Notes: a model not told the origin generated them from the letters alone. DNA of 32,000 nucleotides from an uncultured Siphonobacter sp. (GCA_913775095.1 CAJYIW010000007.1:1-32000), one strand, 5' to 3'. Counted from the first letter of the stretch, positions 16,652 to 25,609 are shown. A program made the numbers and translations.

Positions 16652-17032
16652 ATGGTATTTCGTGTATTGGTGACTGATGCGGCTAAAGCCATTATTGATC
16701 AGTTGAGAGAAGAGCATGGTGAATTGCTTTTTCATCAAAGCGGAGGTTGCTGCGACGGGTCTTCACCCATGTGTTTTCCCGTGGGCGACTTTAAAATCGG
16801 TAGCCATGATGTGTTGCTGGGCACTGTACACGGCTGCCATTTCTGGATGAGTGATTTTCAGTTTGAGTACTGGAAGCATACCCAACTAACACTCGATGTA
16901 GTACCGGGAAGAGGAGCCAGTTTTTCGGCAGAAATTCCCTTAGGGGTACGTTTCCTCATACGCTCAAGGTTGTTTACGGAAGAGGAATTAAATCAGCTGG
17001 AACCCGTGACCGTTGGCGAAAGACCTGATTGA
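16652..17032 (+). CDS. DUF779-family protein (usual partner of AldB-type aldehyde dehydrogenases)
   Basis: 126 aa with the FHQSGGCCDGSSPMCF motif. Sits downstream of aldB, the recurrent genomic context for DUF779. Confidence 0.8.
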   Translation: MVFRVLVTDAAKAIIDQLREEHGELLFHQSGGCCDGSSPMCFPVGDFKIGSHDVLLGTVHGCHFWMSDFQFEYWKHTQLTLDVVPGRGASFSAEIPLGVRFLIRSRLFTEEELNQLEPVTVGERPD

Positions 17033-17072
17033 GTTGTGTTTGAGTAGGTTCAGATTACAGGTTTACAGGTAA

Positions 17073-17105
17073 AGCTACCCGAATCGTTTTTCGGGTAGCT
17101 TTTTG
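17073..17105 (+). terminator. Rho-independent terminator after the aldB-DUF779 unit
   Basis: AGCTACCCGAA-TCGTTT-TTCGGGTAGCT followed by TTTT. Confidence 0.85.
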
Positions 17106-17108
17106 TCT

Positions 17109-17149
17109 TTCTAACTTTCCGAAAGTTTTAAACTTTCGAAAAGTTAGAA
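17109..17149 (-). terminator. AT-rich near-perfect palindrome directly after the fdhD stop, possible terminator
   Basis: TTCTAACTTTCCGAAAGTTT / AAACTTTCGAAAAGTTAGAA. No clear T-run on the minus strand. Confidence 0.4.
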
Positions 17150-17992
17150 CTAAGCCAACCGCTCAGCACCGCAATACACATTTGCGTGCGAATCCCGTAG
17201 AAAGCCGATTAAGGTAAGGTTATGTTCCCGAGCCAGTGAAACGGCCAGACTGGAAGGAGCTCCAATGGCGGCAATGAACGGAATTCCGGCCATCACGGCC
17301 TTCTGAACCAGCTCGAAGCTGATACGTCCACTCAGGAGTAAGATGTTGTGGCTCAGGGGTAAGTCGTTAGTGTTGAGCGAATACCCTATGATTTTGTCCA
17401 GGGCATTATGACGACCTACGTCTTCCCGAAGTACCTGTAAGTTACCCTGAACATCAAACAAACCGGAGGCGTGTAAGCCGCCAGTTTGGTCAAAAGTGGC
17501 CTGAGCTTTCCGTAAGGTTTGGGGTAATTGATAAAGCGTTTCCTGGGAAAGGATTGGAGTTTCCCCGGGAATGGCGTAACGAGTCTTCTGCTGAACCGCT
17601 TCCAGCGAAGCCTTTCCGCAAACGCCGCAACTGGAAGTCGTATAGAAATGACGTTGCAAGCGTTCCGAACGCTCGGCTACGATAGGAAATACTTCCACGT
17701 AGACTTTATTAATTAAAGGACTAACCCGCACGTTCTGAACCTCAGAACGATTCAGGAGTAAGCCTTCTGAAAACAGAAAACCCAGGGCCAGTTCTTCATC
17801 GTGGCCGGGCGTTCGCATGGTTACGGACAGGCTTTTCTGCTGCCATTTTTCCGCCTCTCTCCAGACTAAAACGATCTCAAGCGGCTTTTCTGTGGCTACT
17901 ACGTCGGCAGTAACCAGAGCGGATTTATTCAGACTGATTTTCTGAATCGTAAGGGAGTGGACCGAAGAAATTTCGTCGAAATCGGAAGTCAC
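17150..17992 (-). CDS. fdhD: Formate dehydrogenase accessory sulfurtransferase FdhD
   Basis: 280 aa with the SSCGVCGK Cys pair and GRHNALDKIIG. Its GTG start overlaps the upstream NUDIX stop (GTGA). Confidence 0.9.
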   Translation of the reverse strand: MTSDFDEISSVHSLTIQKISLNKSALVTADVVATEKPLEIVLVWREAEKWQQKSLSVTMRTPGHDEELALGFLFSEGLLLNRSEVQNVRVSPLINKVYVEVFPIVAERSERLQRHFYTTSSCGVCGKASLEAVQQKTRYAIPGETPILSQETLYQLPQTLRKAQATFDQTGGLHASGLFDVQGNLQVLREDVGRHNALDKIIGYSLNTNDLPLSHNILLLSGRISFELVQKAVMAGIPFIAAIGAPSSLAVSLAREHNLTLIGFLRDSHANVYCGAERLA

Positions 17993-18546
17993 AGTTGTGG
18001 GAGTAGAGTAGTTTCAATTCGATCCATAATGCTTAAAAAAACGGATTCCATCGGTATGAAGGGAAGGCCAGAGCCAGGATTCTCCAGCATCTGCCGGACT
18101 TCGGTTAGAGCAACGTATTTCAAGGCTGAAATCTCTTCCGGCTGAGGCGTAAAAGCGGCTGGTTCCAAGGCAGTTTTCCATACAAAAACGCCCGTAAATT
18201 CCCGATCAAAAGATTGACTGACGGCATCAAAGCCGTTCATCGTCCAGACATCCACGAAGTGTAAAGCTGAGGAGTGTACTTTAATGCCCAGTTCTTCCTG
18301 CACCTCCCGAAGGGCTGCGGTGCGGTAATTCTCACCCGGCATTAAATGTCCGGCCACGCAGACATCCCAGAGGTTGGCAAACAGGTCTTTATCCGGGTGA
18401 CGGAGGTTCAGTAATAACTCCTGATTTTCGTTGATAACCCAGACTTCCGTGCTGCGGTGCCAGTCGCCGTCGCGGTGCACATCTGAGCGGACTTTGGTTT
18501 GCCAGAAGGGGAGATTGTACTCGTTGTATAACTCAAAAAGCTCCAT
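17989..18546 (-). CDS. NUDIX hydrolase (Idi/YfcD-like subfamily, substrate unknown)
   Basis: Nudix box GHLMPGENYRTAALREVQEELGI. Overall similarity to COG1443-type proteins, but the Idi catalytic Cys position is not conserved (DVCVAGH versus NSVCGH). Confidence 0.8.
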   Translation of the reverse strand: MELFELYNEYNLPFWQTKVRSDVHRDGDWHRSTEVWVINENQELLLNLRHPDKDLFANLWDVCVAGHLMPGENYRTAALREVQEELGIKVHSSALHFVDVWTMNGFDAVSQSFDREFTGVFVWKTALEPAAFTPQPEEISALKYVALTEVRQMLENPGSGLPFIPMESVFLSIMDRIETTLLPQL

Positions 18547-18549
18547 GGC

Positions 18550-19737
18550 TTAAGAAAGGCTTATGAAGTTGGCCCGGGTGCTGGCCACGGTTTCGGTAAC
18601 GTACTGAATCGCCTGAGTAATGTCTTCAGCCGTTGTAAATCGGCCCAGACTGAACCGTACGGAAGCATGAGCCAGCTCATCGCTCAAACCCATCGCTTTC
18701 AATACGTGTGAAGGATAAACGGAAGCAGACGTACAGGCCGAACCATTGGAAACCGCAATGTTCGTCAGATTCAGTAACAAAGCTTCGCCATCAACGGCCC
18801 CAAACGCCAGGTTACTCACGTGGGGTAAGCGATGGGTAACCGAACCGTTCACCCGAACGTCAGGGATGAATTCCAGAATCGTTCGTTCCAGGTAATCGCG
18901 TAAATCGGACAGCCGTTTGCTTTCCGCAGGTAACTCCTGAAGACTCAACTCGCAGGCTTTGCCTAAACCAATGATTCCGGGAACGTTCAGGGTTCCGGAT
19001 CGCCGGCCCCGTTCGTGACCACCGCCGTGCATTTGAATGGCCAGGGGTATTTTTTTACGAACGTATAAAGCCCCGGACCCTTTGGGGCCGTAGAGTTTAT
19101 GGGCCGAAAGGCTGAGTAAATCAACAAAATCAGCTTCTACGTACAGGGGAATTTTACCCACGGCCTGAGTCGCATCGGTATGAAACAAAACACCTGCCTT
19201 TTGACAAATCTGACCGATGGCCCGGATCGGCTGAAGTACGCCCGTTTCGTTATTCGCCCACATGACCGAGACTAGTAAGGTATCCTCACGAATGGCTTCC
19301 TGCACCTGCTGGGGTGTAATTAGACCCTGAGCATCGGGTTTCAGATAGGTAACTTTCGCCCCCTGTTTTTCCAGGTACTGGCAAACGTCAAGAACAGCTT
19401 TGTGTTCCGTCTGAACGGTAACGAGGTGTTTTTTGCCGGGAGAAGCTTCGAAAATTCCCAGCAAAGCCAGGTTATTGGACTCCGTGGCTCCACTGGTAAA
19501 AACAATCTCCTTCTCCTGGGCTCCCAGCAGGCGGGCGACCTGACGCCGGGCGTTCTCGACGGCCTCGGCGGCTTCCCAGCCAAACAGGTGCGTACGGCTG
19601 GCGGCATTACCAAATTGCTCCGAAAACCAGGGTAACATCGTCTCCAGCACCCGCGGATCTACGGGCGTGGTGGCGTTATAGTCCAGATAAATCGGTCGGT
19701 TCATCATGGGAGTCTGAGCGTTTGATACAGAAGTCAA
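18550..19737 (-). CDS. Class I (NifS/IscS-like) cysteine desulfurase
   Basis: PLP lysine motif SLSAHKLYGPKGSGALYV and catalytic Cys loop SNGSACTS. No iscU or iscA nearby. Confidence 0.92.
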   Translation of the reverse strand: MTSVSNAQTPMMNRPIYLDYNATTPVDPRVLETMLPWFSEQFGNAASRTHLFGWEAAEAVENARRQVARLLGAQEKEIVFTSGATESNNLALLGIFEASPGKKHLVTVQTEHKAVLDVCQYLEKQGAKVTYLKPDAQGLITPQQVQEAIREDTLLVSVMWANNETGVLQPIRAIGQICQKAGVLFHTDATQAVGKIPLYVEADFVDLLSLSAHKLYGPKGSGALYVRKKIPLAIQMHGGGHERGRRSGTLNVPGIIGLGKACELSLQELPAESKRLSDLRDYLERTILEFIPDVRVNGSVTHRLPHVSNLAFGAVDGEALLLNLTNIAVSNGSACTSASVYPSHVLKAMGLSDELAHASVRFSLGRFTTAEDITQAIQYVTETVASTRANFISLS

Positions 19738-19750
19738 ATTCCTTTCTAAT

Positions 19751-19782
19751 AAAATCGCCCCGATGGCTACCGGGGCGATTTT
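19751..19782 (-). terminator. Rho-independent terminator directly after the hemH stop
   Basis: AAAATCGCCCCG-ATGGCTAC-CGGGGCGATTTT. The minus strand reads stem then TTTTATTA. It separates hemH from the cysteine desulfurase operon. Confidence 0.8.
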
Positions 19783-20841
19783 CTAATTCTTTGTGTTGAT
19801 TAAATCAATGATTAAGTCAACGTATAAAGGACTGTTATTCAGACTTTCCACCAGTTGCCAGTGCTGACCGCCGTGTTCTTCGAATAACTCTTTGTACTCT
19901 TCGCCTACTTCAATCGTCGTTTCCAGACAGTCTGCTACGAATGCTGGACTAAAGGCTAACACGCTTTTCTTACCCTGTTTCGCCAGTTCGACAATTACAT
20001 CGTCTGTATAAGGCTTAATCCAGGGCGTTTTTCCCAGACGACTCTGGAAACTGGTGGTATAAGTTCCTTCCTTTAGTCCTAACTCTTTTACCAGCAGTCG
20101 GGTCGTGGCGAAGCACTGAGCCCGGTAGCAGTACTGATTATCCTTGTGCAGATGGTCACAACAGCTGCCAAATTTACACGTATTCCCCGTGTGATCGCCT
20201 TTGGTAATCTGGCGTTCGGGCAGACCGTGATAGCTGAACAGGAAGAAGTCGTACTCGTGTTCACGCATGTACTTGCGGGCCGTTTCCGCAAAATGTTCAA
20301 TGAACTTGGGGTGATCGTAAAAGGTATTCGTAAAAGAAATTTCAGGAATAACTTGCCATTTGCCCACGATTTCCATCACCTTTTCGTATACGGAGCCCGT
20401 GGAGGCAGAAGCGTACTGAGGGAAAAAAGGCACGACGACAATCTTCTTGAGACCCAGCTTCTGAAAACGGTCCAGCCCAGCCTGAATACTGGGGTTCTGG
20501 TAACGCATGGCCAGCTCCACTTCATAGTCTTCACCTAGCCGCTGTTGAACCAGTGCCTTGATATCTTCGCCGTAAAACTTAAGCGGAGAGCCGCGTTCTT
20601 CCCACAATTCCCGATAAACCTTCGCGGATTTAGGAGCCCGGAAGGGAGCGATAATGAGGTTGATTAAGGCCCAGCGATTCATGAAAGGAATATCAATGAC
20701 GCGGCCATCCATCAAAAATTCCTGTAAATATTTGCGTACGTCCGGTACACTGGGGCTGTCGGGCGTACCCAGGTTAACCAGCAAAATACCCGTTTTCAGT
20801 TGTTGAGTCGTGCGAGTGGACGCTAATTCTGTGACCTGCAT
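19783..20841 (-). CDS. hemH: Ferrochelatase with Cys-rich internal insertion
   Basis: LLVNLGTPDSP...VRKYLQEFLMDGRVIDIP, FSYHGLPER, and the SPAFVADCLETxxE C-terminal motif. Confidence 0.93.
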   Translation of the reverse strand: MQVTELASTRTTQQLKTGILLVNLGTPDSPSVPDVRKYLQEFLMDGRVIDIPFMNRWALINLIIAPFRAPKSAKVYRELWEERGSPLKFYGEDIKALVQQRLGEDYEVELAMRYQNPSIQAGLDRFQKLGLKKIVVVPFFPQYASASTGSVYEKVMEIVGKWQVIPEISFTNTFYDHPKFIEHFAETARKYMREHEYDFFLFSYHGLPERQITKGDHTGNTCKFGSCCDHLHKDNQYCYRAQCFATTRLLVKELGLKEGTYTTSFQSRLGKTPWIKPYTDDVIVELAKQGKKSVLAFSPAFVADCLETTIEVGEEYKELFEEHGGQHWQLVESLNNSPLYVDLIIDLINTKN

Positions 20842-20953
20842 GCTTGGAGGGTTACCTGAAAGCAGTAACCTTAAAATACGTTCTGTCTATGTCTTATTCG
20901 CTCGTGGCGTTTCAGGGGGCAAAGGTCGGAAATCTTTGCCGTTCTACATATAA

Positions 20954-20979
20954 AAACCTTCCCTGGACGAGGAAGGTTT
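20954..20979 (-). terminator. Compact hairpin downstream of catalase and of the long GTTTGA hairpin
   Basis: AAACCTTCC-CTGGACGA-GGAAGGTTT, followed on the minus strand by TTATATG. Confidence 0.4.
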
Positions 20980-21150
20980 GAAGTTTGATGAAGTTTGAGG
21001 GGGTTTGATTCAGATTTGATAAGGTTTGAGATCGTTTGACTTGGTTAGAAACGGTTTGAGAGGTTACATGGACCTGGCCTTACTCTACTGGATGGCAAGT
21101 AACCTTTCAAACCTGAATCAAACTTCAAACGATCTCAAACTCAATCAGAC
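20975..21150. repeat. GTTTGA/TCAAAC repeat region forming a long hairpin (perfect 16-bp arms 21024-21039 / 21125-21140; inner 15-bp arms 21053-21067 / 21099-21113)
   Basis: GTTTGA-like hexamers recur about every 10 bp on the left side. TCAAAC occurs four times on the right side. GTTTGAGATCGTTTGA is the exact reverse complement of TCAAACGATCTCAAAC. Confidence 0.9.
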
Positions 21151-22646
21151 TAGTTAACCTCATGCTTTTTAGGCATCGCGTTTTCGACATTCACGCCTAA
21201 GCCCTGAGCCACCCGCATCCCCAGGCCAATATCAGCCCGGAAGAAGTGGCACAACTGGCGATTGATGATTTCGTCGCGTTTCGGACCCGTAACCCCGCCC
21301 AGTGCTCCTACGATGGTTTCTACCAGGTGACTTTTCTGTTCATCATCCAGAACGTTCCGGTACAGGTTGCCGGGTTGCGTGTAGTGATCGTTCTCGCCCT
21401 CAGCGTTGCGGTCGTACCAGCCAGCTACGTTCGAATCCAGTTCCCAGGCGGGTTCCTGATAGCTTTGATCGGCCACGATGTTATCGAAAGAATTGGGGAA
21501 ATAATTTGGATGACGACCGCCGTTTCCATCCACCCGCATTTGTCCATCCCGCTGGTAATTATTCGTAGCGAACGGACAACGGTTGACGGGAATCTGTTCG
21601 TAATTTCCACCCAGACGATACCGCTGAGCATCGGGATACGAAAGCAGACGGCCCTGTAACATTTTGTCGGGAGAATACCCAATGCCATCTACCACGTGAG
21701 CGGGAGCGAAAGCCGCCTGTTCTACGTCCTGGAAGTAATTATCCGGATTACGGTTTAACTCAATTTCTCCGACTTCAATCAGCGGATAATCCGAGTGAGG
21801 CCATACTTTCGTTAAATCGAACGGATTGATGTGGTACGTCCGGGCTTCGGCTTCGGGCATGATCTGAACCTGCATCGACCATTTCGGGAAATCGCCATTT
21901 TCGATGTGTTCCAGCAGATCACGCTGAGCGAAATCGAGGTCTTTCGACTTCATTTCATCGGCTTCTTTACCAGTGAAATTTTTAATGCCCTGCTTGGTCA
22001 GGAAGTGGAATTTGACGTAAAAACGCTCGTTGTCTTTATTAATGAACGAAAACGTGTGACTGCCAAATCCGTGCATATGACGGTAGCCATAGGGTGTGCC
22101 CCGATCCGACATCAGAATCAGCACCTGATGCAGCGATTCAGGATTCAGCGACCAGAAATCCCAGATCATCGTGGGGGATTTCAGGTTTGTAAACGGATCG
22201 CGTTTCTGGGTATGAATGAAATCACCGAACTTCTTAGGATCTTTCACAAAGAAGACGGGCGTATTATTACCCACCAAGTCCCAGTTACCGTCTTCCGTAT
22301 AAAACTTCAGAGCAAAACCGCGGGGATCACGCTCGGTATCAGCCGAGCCTTTCTCACCACCTACGGTAGAAAACCGCAGGAACAGCGGAGTCTGCTTACC
22401 GACTTCACTGAAGACTTTCGCCCGGGAATATTTCGTAATGTCATTGGTAATGGTCAGCGTACCGAAGGCACCTGAACCTTTGGCGTGCACCACCCGCTCG
22501 GGAATCCGTTCGCGGTTAAAGTGAGCCATTTTTTCGTGTAAGATATAGTCCTGAAGCAATAAAGGACCTCGGGGGCCTACGCTTTGTGAGTTTTCATTTT
22601 CGGCATAAGGCCGTCCAGAGGCTGTTGTTAGCTTTTGCTGATCCAT
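21150..22646 (-). CDS. Monofunctional heme catalase (small-subunit type)
   Basis: 498 aa. RERIPERVVHAKGSGAFG (distal His), FSTVGGEKGSADTERDPRGFALKFYT, and the proximal Tyr region RLLSYPDAQRYRLG. Confidence 0.95.
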   Translation of the reverse strand: MDQQKLTTASGRPYAENENSQSVGPRGPLLLQDYILHEKMAHFNRERIPERVVHAKGSGAFGTLTITNDITKYSRAKVFSEVGKQTPLFLRFSTVGGEKGSADTERDPRGFALKFYTEDGNWDLVGNNTPVFFVKDPKKFGDFIHTQKRDPFTNLKSPTMIWDFWSLNPESLHQVLILMSDRGTPYGYRHMHGFGSHTFSFINKDNERFYVKFHFLTKQGIKNFTGKEADEMKSKDLDFAQRDLLEHIENGDFPKWSMQVQIMPEAEARTYHINPFDLTKVWPHSDYPLIEVGEIELNRNPDNYFQDVEQAAFAPAHVVDGIGYSPDKMLQGRLLSYPDAQRYRLGGNYEQIPVNRCPFATNNYQRDGQMRVDGNGGRHPNYFPNSFDNIVADQSYQEPAWELDSNVAGWYDRNAEGENDHYTQPGNLYRNVLDDEQKSHLVETIVGALGGVTGPKRDEIINRQLCHFFRADIGLGMRVAQGLGVNVENAMPKKHEVN

Positions 22647-22678
22647 TGTTTGCTTAGCTTTTGAAGTAAGAACTGCGA

Positions 22679-22686
22679 CAAAAGTA
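22679..22686 (-). promoter_or_regulatory. Candidate -7 promoter element for catalase
   Basis: Minus strand TACTTTTG, 33 nt upstream of the ATG. AT-rich TTATATA repeats lie just upstream. Confidence 0.4.
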
Positions 22687-22734
22687 TACGAACAGTTTAT
22701 ATAAGCAAAATCGATTATATTGATGAGTGTATAA

Positions 22735-22771
22735 TAAAATACAATGATCGCCCTTGGCAGGAGCGATCATT
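22735..22771 (-). terminator. Rho-independent terminator after nuoH
   Basis: AATGATCGC / GCGATCATT 9-bp arms, followed on the minus strand by GTATTTTATT. Confidence 0.7.
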
Positions 22772-22795
22772 AAAACAAAGGCTATCGTATCCGTT

Positions 22796-23881
22796 TTATA
22801 CCATTAATAAACGCCAGATTCCGGACAGGATTACCATCACCAAGGCCATCGGAGTTAACACTTTCCAGCCCAGGTACATGAGCTGATCCACGCGGAGACG
22901 GGGATACGTCCAGCGAACCCAGATTTGAACCAGAATCAACAGGGCCGCTTTACCCAATAGCCAGAACATGCCCGAGAGGTTACCCAGAAGAGTGCCTGGG
23001 TCGCCGGAAGTCCAGTCGGCCAGTCTTACCGGGCCAATGTTAGGTAAGGGCGTGTTCCAGCTTCCCAGAAAAAGAACAACCCCCAGCATACTCACAAGCA
23101 TCATCATGGCGTATTCGCTTAGGAATACCAGTGCCCAGCGGAAACCGGAATACTCCGTGTGGAAACCACCCACCAGCTCGGATTCAGCTTCGGGTAAATC
23201 GAAGGGAGCCCGGTTGCATTCGGCCAGCGAGGCAATGAAGTAGATAATGAAGGCAATAAAGAAAAGCGGCATCCGAAAGATGTTCCAGCTCAGAAAACCA
23301 CCGTTGGCCGTTACATCCAGTCCCCAACTTTTAATCCCGAAAAAGTAGATCTTTTCCTGGGAGTAAATGCCCTGCTGAAAACTGATTTCCTGTAAATCAA
23401 GGCTCTGGCAGATCATGGCTACGCACAGGACCGAAAGCCCCAGCGGGATTTCATAACTCACAATCTGGGCAACCGAACGAATGGCTCCGAACAGGGAATA
23501 TTTGTTGTTGGAAGCCCAGCCCGCAATGATGATGCCCAGCACGTCGAGCGAGACAATAGCCATGAGCCAGAAAACGCCAAGGGAAGTAGCCGAACCAACC
23601 CAGTCAGGACCCAGGGGAATAACAGCATAACCCAGAAAGATTGCCACAAAAATCAGGCAGGGAGCCACCAGATACATCCAGCGATCGGCCAGTTTGGGAA
23701 CGATGTCTTCTTTTTGGAGTAACTTCAATAAATCGGCAAATAACTGGAGCAGACCATAGGGACCTACTTCGGTAGGACCGAGGCGATCCTGAATAAAGCC
23801 CGAGATTTTTCGTTCAGCGTATACGCCCACTACAACCGTAGCGAGAGTAAGGGCGAGGCATATCAGTAAAGCAGGAAGCAA
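22796..23881 (-). CDS. nuoH: NADH-quinone oxidoreductase subunit H (ND1 homologue), solitary
   Basis: 361 aa with YAERKISGFIQDRLGPTEVGPYGLLQLFADLLKLLQKE, NRAPFDLPEAESELVGGFHTEYSG, and 8 TM helices. TTG start immediately preceded by an in-frame TGA. Confidence 0.9.
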   Translation of the reverse strand: MLPALLICLALTLATVVVGVYAERKISGFIQDRLGPTEVGPYGLLQLFADLLKLLQKEDIVPKLADRWMYLVAPCLIFVAIFLGYAVIPLGPDWVGSATSLGVFWLMAIVSLDVLGIIIAGWASNNKYSLFGAIRSVAQIVSYEIPLGLSVLCVAMICQSLDLQEISFQQGIYSQEKIYFFGIKSWGLDVTANGGFLSWNIFRMPLFFIAFIIYFIASLAECNRAPFDLPEAESELVGGFHTEYSGFRWALVFLSEYAMMMLVSMLGVVLFLGSWNTPLPNIGPVRLADWTSGDPGTLLGNLSGMFWLLGKAALLILVQIWVRWTYPRLRVDQLMYLGWKVLTPMALVMVILSGIWRLLMV

Positions 23882-23918
23882 ATCAGTACACGTTTACGGG
23901 TTTGGGAATTTCCCGATG

Positions 23919-23926
23919 CAAATCTA
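23919..23926 (-). promoter_or_regulatory. Candidate -7 promoter element for nuoH
   Basis: Minus strand TAGATTTG, 38 nt upstream of the TTG start and downstream of the asnS terminator. Confidence 0.4.
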
Positions 23927-23958
23927 AGCTGATGCCCGGATTAATTTAGAACGGAACT

Positions 23959-23990
23959 AAAAAAGACCGCTTCTCGCCGAGAAACGGTCT
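23959..23990 (-). terminator. Rho-independent terminator after asnS
   Basis: 13-nt arms at 23964-23976 and 23978-23990. The single mismatch is a G-U wobble only on the minus-strand transcript. The minus strand continues with TTTTTT. Confidence 0.85.
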
Positions 23991-24012
23991 TTAAGAAAGT
24001 ATAAGATGAGGA

Positions 24013-25467
24013 CTAGAATTCGGCAGACTTGGGGAAACGGGGGAAAGGAATCACATCGCGGATGTTAGTCATTCCCGTAACAAACAAAATCAGTCGCTCG
24101 AAACCTAAACCAAAACCCGAGTGCGGAGCTGAACCGAATCGACGGGTATCGAGGAACCAGTCCATGCTTTCGGGTTCGATGCCTACTTCTTCCATCCGAG
24201 CCACGAGTTTCTCGAGGTTATCTTCCCGCTGACTTCCGCCAATCATCTCACCGATACCGGGGAATAAAACGTCCATCGCCCGCACCGTTGGTCCTTTGTC
24301 TTCGGGACGTTCTACTTCCTGCTTCATGTAGAAAGCCTTGATCTCGCGGGGGTAATGCGTCAGGATTACGGGTTTCTTGAAGTGTTTTTCAACCAGGTAA
24401 CGCTCGTGCTCACTCTGAAGGTCGATACCCCATTCCACAGGATACTGGAATTTTTTCTCCTTGTGGGGTTTCGACTGAAGCAGAATTTCGATAGCCTTCG
24501 TATACGTCAAACGCTCGAACTCGTTGTCCACCACAAACTGGAGTTTTTCCAGCAGCGGCATGGGGCTGCGTTCGTTCTGAGGTTTGTTTTTTTCTTCTTC
24601 AATCAAGCGTTTTTCCAGGAATGCCAGATCGTCCTGGCAGTTGTCCAGAGCGTATTTGATGACATACTGGACGAAGTCCTCGGCCAGAGCCATGTTATCT
24701 TCCAGTTCGAAGAAGGCCATTTCCGGCTCAATCATCCAGAACTCGGCCAGGTGGCGAGTCGTGTTTGAGTTTTCGGCCCGGAAGGTAGGTCCGAAGGTAT
24801 AAATCTTCCCTAAACCCAGAGCGGCTAATTCGCCTTCCAGCTGGCCCGATACGGTCAGGTTGGTTTCTTTTCCGAAAAAGTCTTCTTTATAGTTAACGGA
24901 ACCGTCTTCGTTCAGGGGTGGATTTTTGGGGTCCAGCGTTGTAACGCGAAACATCTCACCCGCCCCTTCGGCGTCCGATCCGGTGATGATGGGCGAGTTC
25001 CAGTAGAAAAACCCGTTATCACTGAAATACTTGTGAACGGCAAACGCCAGGGCATGACGCACCCGGAAAACCGTGGCAAACGTATTCGTACGCGAGCGTA
25101 AGTGACCGTTCTCCCGTAGAAACTCCAGCGAGTGACGCTTGGGTTGCAGGGGATACAGATCGGGATCGGCCGTGCCGTATACTTCGATGGACTCAACTTT
25201 TAATTCAACTGACTGGCCCGCTCCCTGCGAATCGACCAGTACCCCGGTAGCCGCAATGGCAGAGCCGGTCGTTACGAGTTTGAGAATATCGTCCGAAATC
25301 ACGCCCGCTTCAGCCACAACTTGCAGGTTATTGATGGTCGAGCCGTCATTCAGAGCGATGAAATTGACATTCTTGCTCTCTCGTTTGGTTCGAACCCACC
25401 CCTGAACCGTTAGGGTCTGACCCACGAAACCGTGGTGACGGAGGTAATCTTTAATTTGATATTTCAT
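24013..25467 (-). CDS. asnS: Asparagine--tRNA ligase
   Basis: 484 aa. N-terminal OB fold ([21 protein letters not shown]) and class II motifs ([36 protein letters not shown]). Confidence 0.95.
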   Translation of the reverse strand: MKYQIKDYLRHHGFVGQTLTVQGWVRTKRESKNVNFIALNDGSTINNLQVVAEAGVISDDILKLVTTGSAIAATGVLVDSQGAGQSVELKVESIEVYGTADPDLYPLQPKRHSLEFLRENGHLRSRTNTFATVFRVRHALAFAVHKYFSDNGFFYWNSPIITGSDAEGAGEMFRVTTLDPKNPPLNEDGSVNYKEDFFGKETNLTVSGQLEGELAALGLGKIYTFGPTFRAENSNTTRHLAEFWMIEPEMAFFELEDNMALAEDFVQYVIKYALDNCQDDLAFLEKRLIEEEKNKPQNERSPMPLLEKLQFVVDNEFERLTYTKAIEILLQSKPHKEKKFQYPVEWGIDLQSEHERYLVEKHFKKPVILTHYPREIKAFYMKQEVERPEDKGPTVRAMDVLFPGIGEMIGGSQREDNLEKLVARMEEVGIEPESMDWFLDTRRFGSAPHSGFGLGFERLILFVTGMTNIRDVIPFPRFPKSAEF

Positions 25468-25514
25468 GATGAACTTCGATCAGCGACGGAACACTCGTCC
25501 GCCTGTAATGGTCG

Positions 25515-25522
25515 CAAAATTA
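25515..25522 (-). promoter_or_regulatory. Candidate -7 promoter element for asnS
   Basis: Minus strand TAATTTTG, 48 nt upstream of the ATG. Confidence 0.45.
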
Positions 25523-25609
25523 GCTACTTCCTGCAATCAGAGAAAAAAAATCCAGTAATGAACCAACCTTTCTGCGTCTTCGCGGCTCTTTTGAACAGAA
25601 ATTGCCTCT

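Noticed and set aside
21831-22475. 214-aa plus-strand ORF inside the catalase gene, plus 21246-21659, 21302-21568 and 21425-21688
   Set aside because: These are shadow ORFs antisense to or out of frame with an unambiguous catalase sequence.
25555-25600. ECF-type autoregulated promoter (GAAC ... CGTCT) upstream of the sigma gene
   Set aside because: GAACC and CGTCTT are present but are separated by only about 11 nt, not the ~16-17 nt typical of ECF promoters. Not convincing.
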